Of a stretch of 39,922 nt of DNA, positions 31,307 through 39,922 are shown piece after piece. Origin of the DNA: an uncultured bacterium (GTDB lineage Bacteria > Patescibacteriota > Minisyncoccia > Phycocordibacterales > UBA918); NCBI GenBank assembly GCA_913046815.1, contig CAJWTE010000002.1, positions 1 to 39,922 of the forward strand. The letters run 5' to 3'. A program made the translations under genes and the position numbers. The number at the start of each line of letters is the position of its first letter. Position 1 is the stretch's first letter. Under the pieces are notes generated by a model. That model had not been told where the DNA came from. It saw only the letters and a program-made list of their open reading frames with translations, and made no database searches.

Positions 31307-33022
31307 TTATCGGTCAGGTGGTATTTGATAATAATTAATCAAGAAGTTCGTAAGGTCCATAAATGGCTCAGTTAATGTTTCAGACGCATACCTAATCTCC
31401 TTAGGTTCTACAGTATACAGGAAAATTAAAAACTCCGGATCATACGAAGGAAAATATCCAAAGAAAGAGTGTAGGTATCTATCATCATAGTATCCTCCAT
31501 TTTCTTCATCTGCTATCTGAGCAGTGCCTGTTTTAGCAGCGACGCTGTAGCGTTCTTGCTTATGTATACCGTCCCTCAAAGCATCATCTACGACTACCGT
31601 CAGCATGCGTGATATCTCTTCGCTAGTTTCTTCTGCAAAAATGGTTTCTGGTGCACCTTGCTCGATTTGTGTCCGAGTACCGTCTTGATATTCTATCCTC
31701 TCTACCAAGTGCGGGGTAATTAGTTTGCCTCCATTTGCCAAGGATGATAAAGCTCTAACAGCAGCCACTGGTGTTAGAGCTATACCCTGACCAAAAGAGG
31801 CCGTAACGTACTCCACATCTCGTGGTGAGTGTAAGTTGGAAACCAAACCAGTGGCTTCGTTGGGTAGATCTATATTGGTAAGAGTTCCCAAACCAAGCGC
31901 TAGAAAGTAATCTCTAAACTTTGTCTTACCCATTTGTTGCACCACAAAGGCCACACCTGTATTCAATGATTGATTTAACACTTCCTGCATGTCAACAGTA
32001 CCTCTCCCCCGTCCGTCATAGTTACTTATGGTGTAATCATCCAATTTGATTTGGCCTGCATCGTAATAAGTTGTGTAAGATGACACTGCCCGATCATCAA
32101 TGCCCGAGGCCATTGTAAGTGGCTTAATGATAGACCCAAACTCATAAACATTCTCCACCAACGGATTTCTAAAATCCTCAATTGGTACTCCATTTCTGTT
32201 ATTAAGATCAAATGTTGGAACGGCATCTAAGGCATAGATAGCACCTGTTTTAGGATTAATAATGATCCCACCGGTCACTTTGCTATTCCATGTTGTGTGT
32301 GTTTCCTGGAGAGTCTGCTGCAAAACACGCGACACTGTAGGCTCCAAGGTGGTCACAATGTCACCAGCCTTATCCTCTTGATGCTGAAACACCAGGTTCT
32401 CAATGTTACTAAATATCTCCGCAAACAAATTGACTTCAATTGTATTCTCACCTTGATTTAGGGTTGATTCATAGAATCTTTCCAATCCATATCTACCAGT
32501 CGGCTTGTCACTTTTCTGTGTTAGGCCTGTAAAACCAATTGTCCTGGCGGCCATTGTTTCACCGGGGTAATACCGCCACTGATTTTTATACAAAGAGACA
32601 CCAGTTAAGTTTAGTTTGGATACTTCTATAGCGTCATCATTGTCCAACTTATCTTCAATCTCCACATAAGTACGACTCTCCAATGTCGCTCTATCAATAA
32701 ATAATTCTTTTCCAATACTTAAGTAAGGTTGTAGTGAGTTGTATAAGGTAGCCGCATCTACCACCAGTGTTGGGTTCACAGCCAGTACATAACCTGCACG
32801 TATAGTGGCAGCCGACACTTTCTCGCCATCTAATGTAACAAAAAAAATATTACCTCGTTCGTAGAGATCATTAACTGTATGTACATACTGTTTGTTGGCA
32901 GCTTCTACATACTGTTCATGGTGTACGATTTGTATAAAGTACAAACGTACTAACAAAATCAACGCCAAGCCCAGGACCAGACCAGTTATGAGACGTATCC
33001 GAAGTATCGCGGTCTTTCTCAT
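31307..33022 (-). CDS. ftsI: class B penicillin-binding protein (FtsI-type transpeptidase)
   Basis: 571 aa. N-terminal TM, SxxK (GSIIKP), SxN (ISNYD), KTGTA. dcw position after ftsL. Confidence 0.88.
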   Translation of the reverse strand: MRKTAILRIRLITGLVLGLALILLVRLYFIQIVHHEQYVEAANKQYVHTVNDLYERGNIFFVTLDGEKVSAATIRAGYVLAVNPTLVVDAATLYNSLQPYLSIGKELFIDRATLESRTYVEIEDKLDNDDAIEVSKLNLTGVSLYKNQWRYYPGETMAARTIGFTGLTQKSDKPTGRYGLERFYESTLNQGENTIEVNLFAEIFSNIENLVFQHQEDKAGDIVTTLEPTVSRVLQQTLQETHTTWNSKVTGGIIINPKTGAIYALDAVPTFDLNNRNGVPIEDFRNPLVENVYEFGSIIKPLTMASGIDDRAVSSYTTYYDAGQIKLDDYTISNYDGRGRGTVDMQEVLNQSLNTGVAFVVQQMGKTKFRDYFLALGLGTLTNIDLPNEATGLVSNLHSPRDVEYVTASFGQGIALTPVAAVRALSSLANGGKLITPHLVERIEYQDGTRTQIEQGAPETIFAEETSEEISRMLTVVVDDALRDGIHKQERYSVAAKTGTAQIADEENGGYYDDRYLHSFFGYFPSYDPEFLIFLYTVEPKEIRYASETLTEPFMDLTNFLINYYQIPPDR

Positions 33023-33028
33023 CTTTCA

Positions 33029-33343
33029 TTAGTTTCCGGTCGACAATACTAGAGTACTAACAGAACGATCAGCAAAAAGCTTCTTATTGTCGTTAGGGAT
33101 AAAACCTTTTTCTATTGCCAGCTCAGTATTTATGGAATTCTGAGCCAAGATATAGTCTGTTTCCAATTCCGCTATTTTTGATTCCAATTCAATTATTGAC
33201 TTGGCTACTTCTTTTCTCACCACTGTATGTAAAATTGTGCTGCTTACAAAGTACATATACATCAAAGCCAGAAATACTAATACTCCAAACATCATCATGA
33301 GTATTTTACTGTCTCTTTGTACTATGTCAGTAGTGACGTTCAT
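33029..33343 (-). CDS. ftsL: FtsL-like cell division protein
   Basis: 104 aa. Single TM followed by a coiled-coil segment. Located between rsmH and ftsI and overlaps the rsmH stop by 4 nt. Confidence 0.6.
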   Translation of the reverse strand: MNVTTDIVQRDSKILMMMFGVLVFLALMYMYFVSSTILHTVVRKEVAKSIIELESKIAELETDYILAQNSINTELAIEKGFIPNDNKKLFADRSVSTLVLSTGN

Positions 33344-34215
33344 ATTTTTTCTAAAATTCTTAGTTTTGCGCTCCGTGAACGCGGATTGATAATTACTTCT
33401 TCTGGTGTAGGAGTGATTGGTTTTTTGTTAATCAGACGAGCAAGCTTTTGATTTTTTAAATCTCTAAAGGTGTTTTTTACTAGGCGATCTTCTAAGCTGT
33501 GAAAGCTTATAATGACCATGCGTCCGCCAGTAGCGAGAGATAGAAAACCATCTTTCAACAAAGTTTCAAGAGAGCCCAATTCATCGTTCACAGCGATTCT
33601 TATAGCTTGGAATGTTTTAGTAGCAGGATGAATTCTGCTTCTGCGATAAAACCTGCCCACAGCTCCATCCACAATGTTGGCAAGCTGCGCCGAAGTCTCG
33701 ATGGATTCTTGTTGTCTGCTCTGTACAATTGCTTGTGCAATTTTTCGAGCAGCTCTTTCCTCACCATAGTGATAAATAATGTCGGCTAGGTTTTCTTCGT
33801 CCCAAGCATTTACAACATCATGAGCAGTAAAAACATGTTGGTCTGGATTGCCAAACGTCATCAGCAACGGTTCTTCAACCTTAAACGAAAAACCCTTCCC
33901 ACCCTCTTCAAACTGCTCACTGCGCCAACCAAGGTCAGCGATGATTGCGTCAGGCTTCATATTGGATGCCTCAACTAACGTTGCAATGTTTCTAAAGTTG
34001 TCGACTTTTACAGTAAGTCTCTGGTCCATTAGACCGGACTTCTCGAAAGCCTCGGGGTCTAAGTCTATTGCCAACAGTTTTCCTTTTGGCTCTAAACAGT
34101 GAAGAATAGCTTTTGAATGACCGCCTCCACCAAACGTACAATCCACTACTTGACTGTCTCTTTTTAAATTAAGTCCTGTTACTGCTTCTTCTTTTAGAAC
34201 TGTTATGTGTTGCAT
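33340..34215 (-). CDS. rsmH: 16S rRNA (cytosine1402-N4)-methyltransferase RsmH (MraW)
   Basis: 291 aa. HITVLKEE, DCTFGGGGHS and SFHSLEDR motifs. Confidence 0.95.
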   Translation of the reverse strand: MQHITVLKEEAVTGLNLKRDSQVVDCTFGGGGHSKAILHCLEPKGKLLAIDLDPEAFEKSGLMDQRLTVKVDNFRNIATLVEASNMKPDAIIADLGWRSEQFEEGGKGFSFKVEEPLLMTFGNPDQHVFTAHDVVNAWDEENLADIIYHYGEERAARKIAQAIVQSRQQESIETSAQLANIVDGAVGRFYRRSRIHPATKTFQAIRIAVNDELGSLETLLKDGFLSLATGGRMVIISFHSLEDRLVKNTFRDLKNQKLARLINKKPITPTPEEVIINPRSRSAKLRILEKI

Positions 34216-34242
34216 ATTGCGGCTTGACCCGCTGAGCGGGTT

Positions 34243-34695
34243 TTATAGGACGCCTATGTCACCGAGTTTTTCTGCCAAGTCATCGGCTTTGCTCTCTATT
34301 TGCTTTTTGTAAGCGTTCCACCTTTTTTCATCCCAAACTTCTACTCGGTCATAAATACCTGCAAGGACTACTTTGGCATCTAGCCTGGCAAAGTCCTTTA
34401 AAAAATCTGGAATCAAAATACGTCCAATTTTATCAACCTCCACTTCAACCGCTCCCGAAAGGAAGAATCGATTGAAACTTCGCGTATCCGCTTGCCCGAG
34501 TGGCAACTTCGCTACCTTATCGGTAATCTGTCGCCACTCAGCGAGAGGATAAACGAAGAGACAGTTATCAAGTCCTCGGGTCAACACCAACTTTTTACCA
34601 AGCTCTTTGCGCCACTTACTGGGCAAAGATAGCCTCTTCTTGGTATCTAGTGTATGAGTGTATTCTCCGATTAACATACTTGATAGCTTGAGCAT
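34243..34695 (-). CDS. mraZ: transcriptional regulator MraZ
   Basis: 150 aa. Two SpoVT/AbrB-like halves with LDTKKRLSLPSKWR and DKIGRILIPDFL. Confidence 0.95.
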   Translation of the reverse strand: MLKLSSMLIGEYTHTLDTKKRLSLPSKWRKELGKKLVLTRGLDNCLFVYPLAEWRQITDKVAKLPLGQADTRSFNRFFLSGAVEVEVDKIGRILIPDFLKDFARLDAKVVLAGIYDRVEVWDEKRWNAYKKQIESKADDLAEKLGDIGVL

Positions 34696-34775
34696 TCCCT
34701 GATAGTGGTCGTGAACTTCATGCTCACTATCAGAGAAAACTCGAACGATATACTATATTCATAGTATACCACTAT

Positions 34776-34823
34776 CTCCCACCACGTTTACATTATATAC
34801 CACCTTCTCCCACCGACAACCAC
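34776..34823 (-). promoter_or_regulatory. putative MraZ operator (phased GTGG repeats) overlapping a -10 box
   Basis: The minus strand reads GTGGTTGTCG GTGGGAGAAG GTGGTATATAATGTAAAC GTGGTGGGAG. Three GTGG[T/G] boxes sit at exact 10-nt phasing, with a fourth 18 nt on. TATAAT is embedded. Lies about 100 nt upstream of mraZ. Confidence 0.6.
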
Positions 34824-34827
34824 TTAT

Positions 34828-34863
34828 GCACACAAAAATCACCTAGCGGTGATTTTTGTGTGC
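34828..34863. terminator. perfect 16-bp-stem hairpin between lysS and the mraZ promoter
   Basis: GCACACAAAAATCACC-TAGC-GGTGATTTTTGTGTGC. Confidence 0.6.
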
Positions 34864-35050
34864 TGATTAAACAGCGACGAAACGCTCACTAAAAGAGAAA
34901 AGCTGATGATTGTCAGTGGAAGTTAGTGGTGGCGATGGAATAACATGGCGCAGTGAAACGAGGAAGTTATGACATTGCCATCACTAACTCTCTCCGCAAA
35001 ATGCAATCAGTAATTTGTATAACACTATCACTATTGACCTCTATCAGTCA

Positions 35051-36505
35051 TTAGTCCTTGGGACGCATCAAAGGAAACATCTGCGTTTCTCTTAACGGTT
35101 TGTCAATCAAGAAAGAAAACAGTCTCTCACCAAAACCAAAACCACAAGTTGGCGGCATACCGTACTCCAACATCTCAATAAATTCCCAATCAGGCATCAT
35201 TGCCTCTTCATCTCCCCCGTCCAAAAGTTTTTGCTGCTCTTTAAAACGCTTAGCTTGATCTACCGGGTCGTTTAGCTCGCTGTACCCTCTACCCACTTCA
35301 CTACCAGCAATAATTGGTTGGAACATTTCCACTACTGGCTTACCTTCCTTTTGCTTGGCCAACGGTGCAACTAGAAGTGGGTGATTTACCAAAAATGCCG
35401 GCCCAGAGATCTGCTTGCGGCAGTATTTCCAGAGAGTGTCCGTCAAACGTTCTTTATTCTCTCCGTCATACTTTATACCAAGCTCTTCTGCTGTCGCTGC
35501 CATCTCCACTTCAGTGGCTTTGGTAACATCTATCCCGGTTTGCTTTTTAATTTCCTCTACATAGTCAATTTCTTTCCATTCATCAGCCAAGTCAAAAGTG
35601 TGGCCTCTAGTAGTAAACTTTGTAGTACCAAAGACTTCTTTTGCCAGAGTTCGATAGAGTCTTTGGGTCAAATCCATGCCGTCTTTATAGTCTGCGTATG
35701 ACCAATAAAACTCCAGGTTAGTAAACTCTTGCAAATGCTCAGGACTAGTACCTTCGTTACGATAAACTCTTCCCATTTCAAAAGTCTTTGGTATACCAGC
35801 TGCCATCAAACGCTTCTGCCACAATTCACCCATTGAAATACGTAGATACAAATCAATATCAAAGTCATTGTGATGAGTCACAAAAGGTCTGGCCTCAGCT
35901 CCTCCAGTAGTGACTTCCAGTGTTGGTGTCTCAACCTCCATAAAACCTTCCGCCACCATAAATTGTCTAGTGACAGACCAGAACTTTTCTTTCAGACGAA
36001 ACATTTCCACCAGCTCTGGGTTGAGTAATATGTCAAGGTAGCGCTTACGGTATCTTTCATCATCATCCTTAATGCCAAAATGCTCAACCGGAATATTTAC
36101 AATTGCTTTTGTTAAAACCCGCCAATCAGAGACGGCTACCGCTTCTGCACCACGTTTAGTTAGAAATGGGGTACCTTTTACTTCAATAAAATCACCCGGG
36201 TCAATCGCATCATTAAGTAAATCAAACAGTTTCAATCCTACAGCGTCGCGAGAAAAGAAAAACTGCAGCCGGCCGGTACCGTCATAAACATCTGCAAAAG
36301 CTGAGCCGCCGTGTCTACGTAGAGCCATTACTCTACCAGCTACTACAACTTCAGATTCTGAATCAGATAAGTTATCAAAATCATCCAGCACTGACTTATT
36401 GGTATGAGTACGCAAAGATTTGGTGGCGTAGGGATTCATACCAGCCCCTTTCAAAATATCCCTTTTCTTAAGCCTTTCAGCTTTTATTTCCTCCAATGAT
36501 GACAT
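35051..36505 (-). CDS. lysS: lysine--tRNA ligase (class II)
   Basis: 484 aa. N-terminal OB anticodon-binding domain, FMEVETPTLE motif 2 region and a class II core. Confidence 0.95.
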   Translation of the reverse strand: MSSLEEIKAERLKKRDILKGAGMNPYATKSLRTHTNKSVLDDFDNLSDSESEVVVAGRVMALRRHGGSAFADVYDGTGRLQFFFSRDAVGLKLFDLLNDAIDPGDFIEVKGTPFLTKRGAEAVAVSDWRVLTKAIVNIPVEHFGIKDDDERYRKRYLDILLNPELVEMFRLKEKFWSVTRQFMVAEGFMEVETPTLEVTTGGAEARPFVTHHNDFDIDLYLRISMGELWQKRLMAAGIPKTFEMGRVYRNEGTSPEHLQEFTNLEFYWSYADYKDGMDLTQRLYRTLAKEVFGTTKFTTRGHTFDLADEWKEIDYVEEIKKQTGIDVTKATEVEMAATAEELGIKYDGENKERLTDTLWKYCRKQISGPAFLVNHPLLVAPLAKQKEGKPVVEMFQPIIAGSEVGRGYSELNDPVDQAKRFKEQQKLLDGGDEEAMMPDWEFIEMLEYGMPPTCGFGFGERLFSFLIDKPLRETQMFPLMRPKD

Positions 36506-36526
36506 TGCCTTCTATCCTATCGTACA

Positions 36527-36566
36527 GACATAAGCCGCGCAACACTCGTGTTGCGCGGCTTATGTC
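36527..36566 (-). terminator. perfect 18-bp-stem hairpin after greA
   Basis: GACATAAGCCGCGCAACA-CTCG-TGTTGCGCGGCTTATGTC, 10 nt downstream of the greA stop. Confidence 0.7.
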
Positions 36567-36575
36567 AATATTTAC

Positions 36576-37046
36576 TTATTCCACTTTAAGCAACTTGTAT
36601 TTTTGTTTTCCGTTTACTGTTTCAAACACAATTTCATCTCCTTTACTCTTACCCATCAAAGCCTCACCGAGAGGTGAAAGATATGATAGTTTGTGTTCAT
36701 GAATATTAGCCTCTTCAGAGCCAACAATGGTGTAACATACGTCGTTCTTCTCTTTGTCTTTTCTTAGACAAACTTCTGATCCAAGTGCTACTACACCGCC
36801 TTTTTTATCATGAGCTACAATCTTTGCTTCTTTCATCACTTGTTCCAAGTGAGAAATTCTCTCCTCAATAGCAGATTGCATATCACGAGCTTCTTGGTAC
36901 TCAGCATTCTCAGATAAGTCTCCGAGACTACGGGCGTATTCCAAAGACTCTGCCACCTCCTTACGACGGACAGTCTTTAGGTGTTCTAATTCCTTTTTCA
37001 ATTCTTCAAATTTCTCTGAAGTTAGATAAGCTTGTGTGTCATTCAT
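36576..37046 (-). CDS. greA: transcription elongation factor GreA
   Basis: 156 aa. LEYARSLGDLSENAEYQEARD coiled-coil finger and a C-terminal FKBP-like domain. Confidence 0.95.
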   Translation of the reverse strand: MNDTQAYLTSEKFEELKKELEHLKTVRRKEVAESLEYARSLGDLSENAEYQEARDMQSAIEERISHLEQVMKEAKIVAHDKKGGVVALGSEVCLRKDKEKNDVCYTIVGSEEANIHEHKLSYLSPLGEALMGKSKGDEIVFETVNGKQKYKLLKVE

Positions 37047-37119
37047 ACTCTAAATTGCATCATTGGTGAATATAGTGCAACCAATTATACGCACAAATGC
37101 CCGCGGGTCAACGAATGGT

Positions 37120-38790
37120 CTAATTGTGGATAAGATCAGGTCGATTTTCACTCATCCACTCAAAGACATCGCCCATGATTCTGGTAGCACCCAAACTATT
37201 ACTTCGAGGTGCCTTATCCATGAGTAGAATGAATGCATATTTAGGTTCTTCGTAGGGCCAAAAGCCAGCCGCCCAAGAGTTTACAAAAGCGTTGTCCGCC
37301 CCCAACTCTGCCGTTCCAGACTTTGCGGCGATAGCAACATCGCTCCTCTCCAAAGCTCTTGCTGTACCTCCGTCATAATTGACAGTCTTTCTCATTCCTT
37401 CATGGATGATTTGTAAGTAGTCCGGATCTAAAACAATATCGGTATAATCACCTTGCTGGCCAAGCATAAAATGTGGAGTAAATAGCTTTCCTCCATTAGC
37501 AATTGCTCCGTATGCCCGCAACATCTGAATAGGGGTGGCCAAAAAACCATACTGACCGATGGAAGTGAAATATGTGTCACCCAACCTCCAGTCATCTTCA
37601 AAGACAGCCTCTTTCCACTCTGGGTTAGGCACAACTCCAGACTGTTCATTAGCTAGTATAATTCCGGTTTCACTTCCCAATCCAAACTCAGTAAAATACT
37701 TATGTAATCGAGTGATGCCTAAACCTTCTTGATCTTCAAAGCCACCACCGATGATATAGAAGTACACATTAGAAGAAAAAGCTATAGCCTCTCGCATAGT
37801 CATTGCTCCATGTTTCTTCCAATCATTAAAGACAGAGGGGTTACTGGCATTGTATGGATTAGGAATAGAAATACTGCCATTACTGACAATGACTTTATCG
37901 GGCGAAATTATCTCTTCTGCCAATGCAGCGTAGGCGACGATTGGTTTCACAATCGAGCCCGGAGTATATGCACCAGCCACTACCTTGTTTAAAAATGGAA
38001 ACCGATCATCACTGTTGTACGAAGCAATCAAATCGATGTCGTCCCCGTCAGCCATCACCTCCGGATCGTATGAAGGAAAACTTGTCATAGCAACAATTTC
38101 GCCAGTACGGACATCCATAACAGCACCAGCGCCACTCCTAAACCCAGCCTGTGCCGTCGAAGTTGCGATTATTTGATACATGGCCTCAGACAAACCCGCA
38201 TCTACTGACAACCACAATTCCTTACCTTCTACCGCTGGCTCAACAGTACCAGAGGATATAACCTCACCCAGCGCACTTCTTTCTATCAATTGACGACCGT
38301 TTTCACCGGACAATGAGTCGTCGAACGAACTCTCGACGCCGTTCCGACCCACGTACTCAGTACGAAAGTAAAAACCGCTACTATCTCGCATAGGATAGCT
38401 TACATAACCTAGCAACTGCCCTAGTCCCAGGCGATCTGTATAAGCTCTTACTGGAAAAGTGTAAGAATCTGTATAGTCTTGCTCGTTCCAAGCCAACACT
38501 TCACCATTTCTGTCGTATACCACCCCTCTCTCCGCTACAATCAATGCCTCATCTAGACTATTGTTTTCACTCAGTGCGAAATTGTGAGCACCATTTATAA
38601 TTTGTAGATCAGCCACGCGCCACACAAACCACAAAGTAATCAAAAGAAACAGACCCCCGATTAAGTAAATATTTCGTCGCAGCAATGGTAATTCTATTCG
38701 TCCCTCCATCCGACCCTGGTTAAAGGAAGGTATATTGGTTGAGTCCATTAATATTTGATCAAAATCTACATCCTTTCTTTTTTTAAACAT
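37120..38790 (-). CDS. mrdA: penicillin-binding protein 2 (elongation transpeptidase)
   Basis: 556 aa. SxxK (GSIVKP), SSN, KSGTA. Follows mreC-mreD. Confidence 0.88.
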   Translation of the reverse strand: MFKKRKDVDFDQILMDSTNIPSFNQGRMEGRIELPLLRRNIYLIGGLFLLITLWFVWRVADLQIINGAHNFALSENNSLDEALIVAERGVVYDRNGEVLAWNEQDYTDSYTFPVRAYTDRLGLGQLLGYVSYPMRDSSGFYFRTEYVGRNGVESSFDDSLSGENGRQLIERSALGEVISSGTVEPAVEGKELWLSVDAGLSEAMYQIIATSTAQAGFRSGAGAVMDVRTGEIVAMTSFPSYDPEVMADGDDIDLIASYNSDDRFPFLNKVVAGAYTPGSIVKPIVAYAALAEEIISPDKVIVSNGSISIPNPYNASNPSVFNDWKKHGAMTMREAIAFSSNVYFYIIGGGFEDQEGLGITRLHKYFTEFGLGSETGIILANEQSGVVPNPEWKEAVFEDDWRLGDTYFTSIGQYGFLATPIQMLRAYGAIANGGKLFTPHFMLGQQGDYTDIVLDPDYLQIIHEGMRKTVNYDGGTARALERSDVAIAAKSGTAELGADNAFVNSWAAGFWPYEEPKYAFILLMDKAPRSNSLGATRIMGDVFEWMSENRPDLIHN

Positions 38791-39013
38791 AGAGATGAGG
38801 TCTTACCAGTTCAGACAATAGCATAATACCGAATGCATACAGTGTGTATTGTCCAATCACAATTGAAGAGAAGTACAGATCAATACACAACGCCAAGCAC
38901 AAAACTGGCAATACAGACCAGCGAAGTGAATATAAAAGTGCTAATACAACCCAAATAATGAAAGATGAATAAAACGCAACGATTGTCAGAAATATCAAGG
39001 CTAGATATTTCAT
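38783..39013 (-). CDS. mreD: small polytopic membrane protein, MreD-like by position
   Basis: 76 aa and entirely hydrophobic. Overlaps the mreC stop (4 nt) and the mrdA start (8 nt). Shorter than canonical MreD. Confidence 0.45.
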   Translation of the reverse strand: MKYLALIFLTIVAFYSSFIIWVVLALLYSLRWSVLPVLCLALCIDLYFSSIVIGQYTLYAFGIMLLSELVRPHLYV

Positions 39014-39922
39014 AATTGCGACTCGCTACTAGCAGCAGTGGATGTGGCAGACGGTATTTCAATCAACATCCCCTCCGGCACAGCAGTAGTTGTAATATCA
39101 GTCTTCACCCGACTGACTATGTCTTCTACAGTTGCAAAATCTACAGGCTCAATAGAGCTTCTACCAATGGTTACCAGATACAAGCTATTCAAGTTCACCG
39201 GTAAAGAAACATAGCCAAACTGCTCTGGAGCCGAAGGATCTTTTTCAATATGAGTGATTTGGCCAAATACACCACTGTGGATGGTTGGTAAAATCACCAT
39301 ATCACCGACATTAAGTGCTATATCCTGTGGTACACCGATTTGTAAAATACCTCCACCGACACCAACTGCAGTAGTGTAAATATTGGGCCCCACTACATAA
39401 ACCGTCGATTCTAGTTTGGGGGTAGACACTAAAGTCACAACGGATGAATTTTTAAATACCCTACTCACAAATCCAACAACTACATCGTCAGCCAAATAAA
39501 CCGGTGCGTTTTCCTCCACTCCGGAAGATCTGCCTTTGTCCAACACCAAACTGTCATAAGGAACTTGGTTCGGTCTTAACAAAACACTGGCCAAGACCCT
39601 GTCACCACTACCTTCACCTACCATTCCTCTCAATGACCCATTTTCAAAGCGAAGCCTCTCGATAGTTAAGTGCCCGACTTTATCTTCAAGCATTTGGTTT
39701 TCCAATTCCTCAATTCTTCTCGCTGCCGCTGTGTGCGTCTTGAAGTAATGAGGTATTAACGCAGTTGATTCATTCCACCAGTAGCCCACCTTAACCATCG
39801 GCCACAAGATGACACTGGTAATACCTCTACCAACAGTGGGTGCAACAAGTGAAAAAAGCACCAACAAAACACCGGCTGCCATAACAACCTTAAATCTTTT
39901 CTTAGTTGAGTTGGGGCGATAA
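39010..39922 (-). CDS. mreC: rod shape-determining protein MreC (frame stays open to the right window edge)
   Basis: The ORF track gives 39010..39882. The same frame upstream reads ...YRPNSTKKRFKVVMAAGVLLVLF with no stop before 39922, so the true start may lie outside the window. Coiled-coil RRIEELENQMLEDK and beta-barrel domains typical of MreC. Confidence 0.88.
   Translation of the reverse strand, partial: YRPNSTKKRFKVVMAAGVLLVLFSLVAPTVGRGITSVILWPMVKVGYWWNESTALIPHYFKTHTAAARRIEELENQMLEDKVGHLTIERLRFENGSLRGMVGEGSGDRVLASVLLRPNQVPYDSLVLDKGRSSGVEENAPVYLADDVVVGFVSRVFKNSSVVTLVSTPKLESTVYVVGPNIYTTAVGVGGGILQIGVPQDIALNVGDMVILPTIHSGVFGQITHIEKDPSAPEQFGYVSLPVNLNSLYLVTIGRSSIEPVDFATVEDIVSRVKTDITTTAVPEGMLIEIPSATSTAASSESQL

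Overview
About 40 kb of a moderately low-GC bacterial chromosome. The compact gene set and mostly Shine-Dalgarno (SD)-less starts suggest a Patescibacteria/CPR-like organism, but that is only an impression.

Most of the window is housekeeping. In order: an S41 protease (partial), cysS, dnaB, recR, rplU, rmuC, a P-type ATPase, yqeY, truB, a Na+/Ca2+ exchanger, a glutaredoxin-membrane fusion plus msrAB, a Pif1-like helicase and an FAD oxidoreductase. To the right of the accessory region come a compact dcw cluster (mraZ-rsmH-ftsL-ftsI-murF-x-ddl), lysS, greA and mreC-mreD-mrdA.

The accessory region is 19.2-27.85 kb. Its core is a 7.4-kb island integrated into the 3' end of tRNA-Glu(CUC). The island is bounded by a 17-bp direct repeat (20412-20428 and 27830-27846) and encodes a 525-aa large serine recombinase.

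The island is organised by three families of long, hairpin-rich repeats:
- R1: 129-bp inverted copies that bracket the recombinase gene.
- R2: a perfect 86-bp inverted repeat that brackets a 2.4-kb three-gene segment.
- Y-X-R1: composite repeats that sit at module boundaries.

Its cargo comprises an orphan 306-aa protein, a Panacea (DUF4065) antitoxin-like gene with an unknown 133-aa partner, an XRE regulator with an Lnu-like nucleotidyltransferase, and a DinD-like gene whose 3' end is replaced by a GC-rich patch carrying a small ORF.

I consider the repeat/recombinase architecture, possibly with RNA components or invertible cassettes, the best candidate for an undescribed system.

Secondary curiosities are a self-contained operon of four small orphan proteins (10.4-11.4 kb), two unlisted, extremely basic small ORFs (sORFs) with canonical SD sites (5190-5443), and a tandem structured repeat (5561-5696).

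All family calls rest on motif recognition by eye. No database search or folding program was run.
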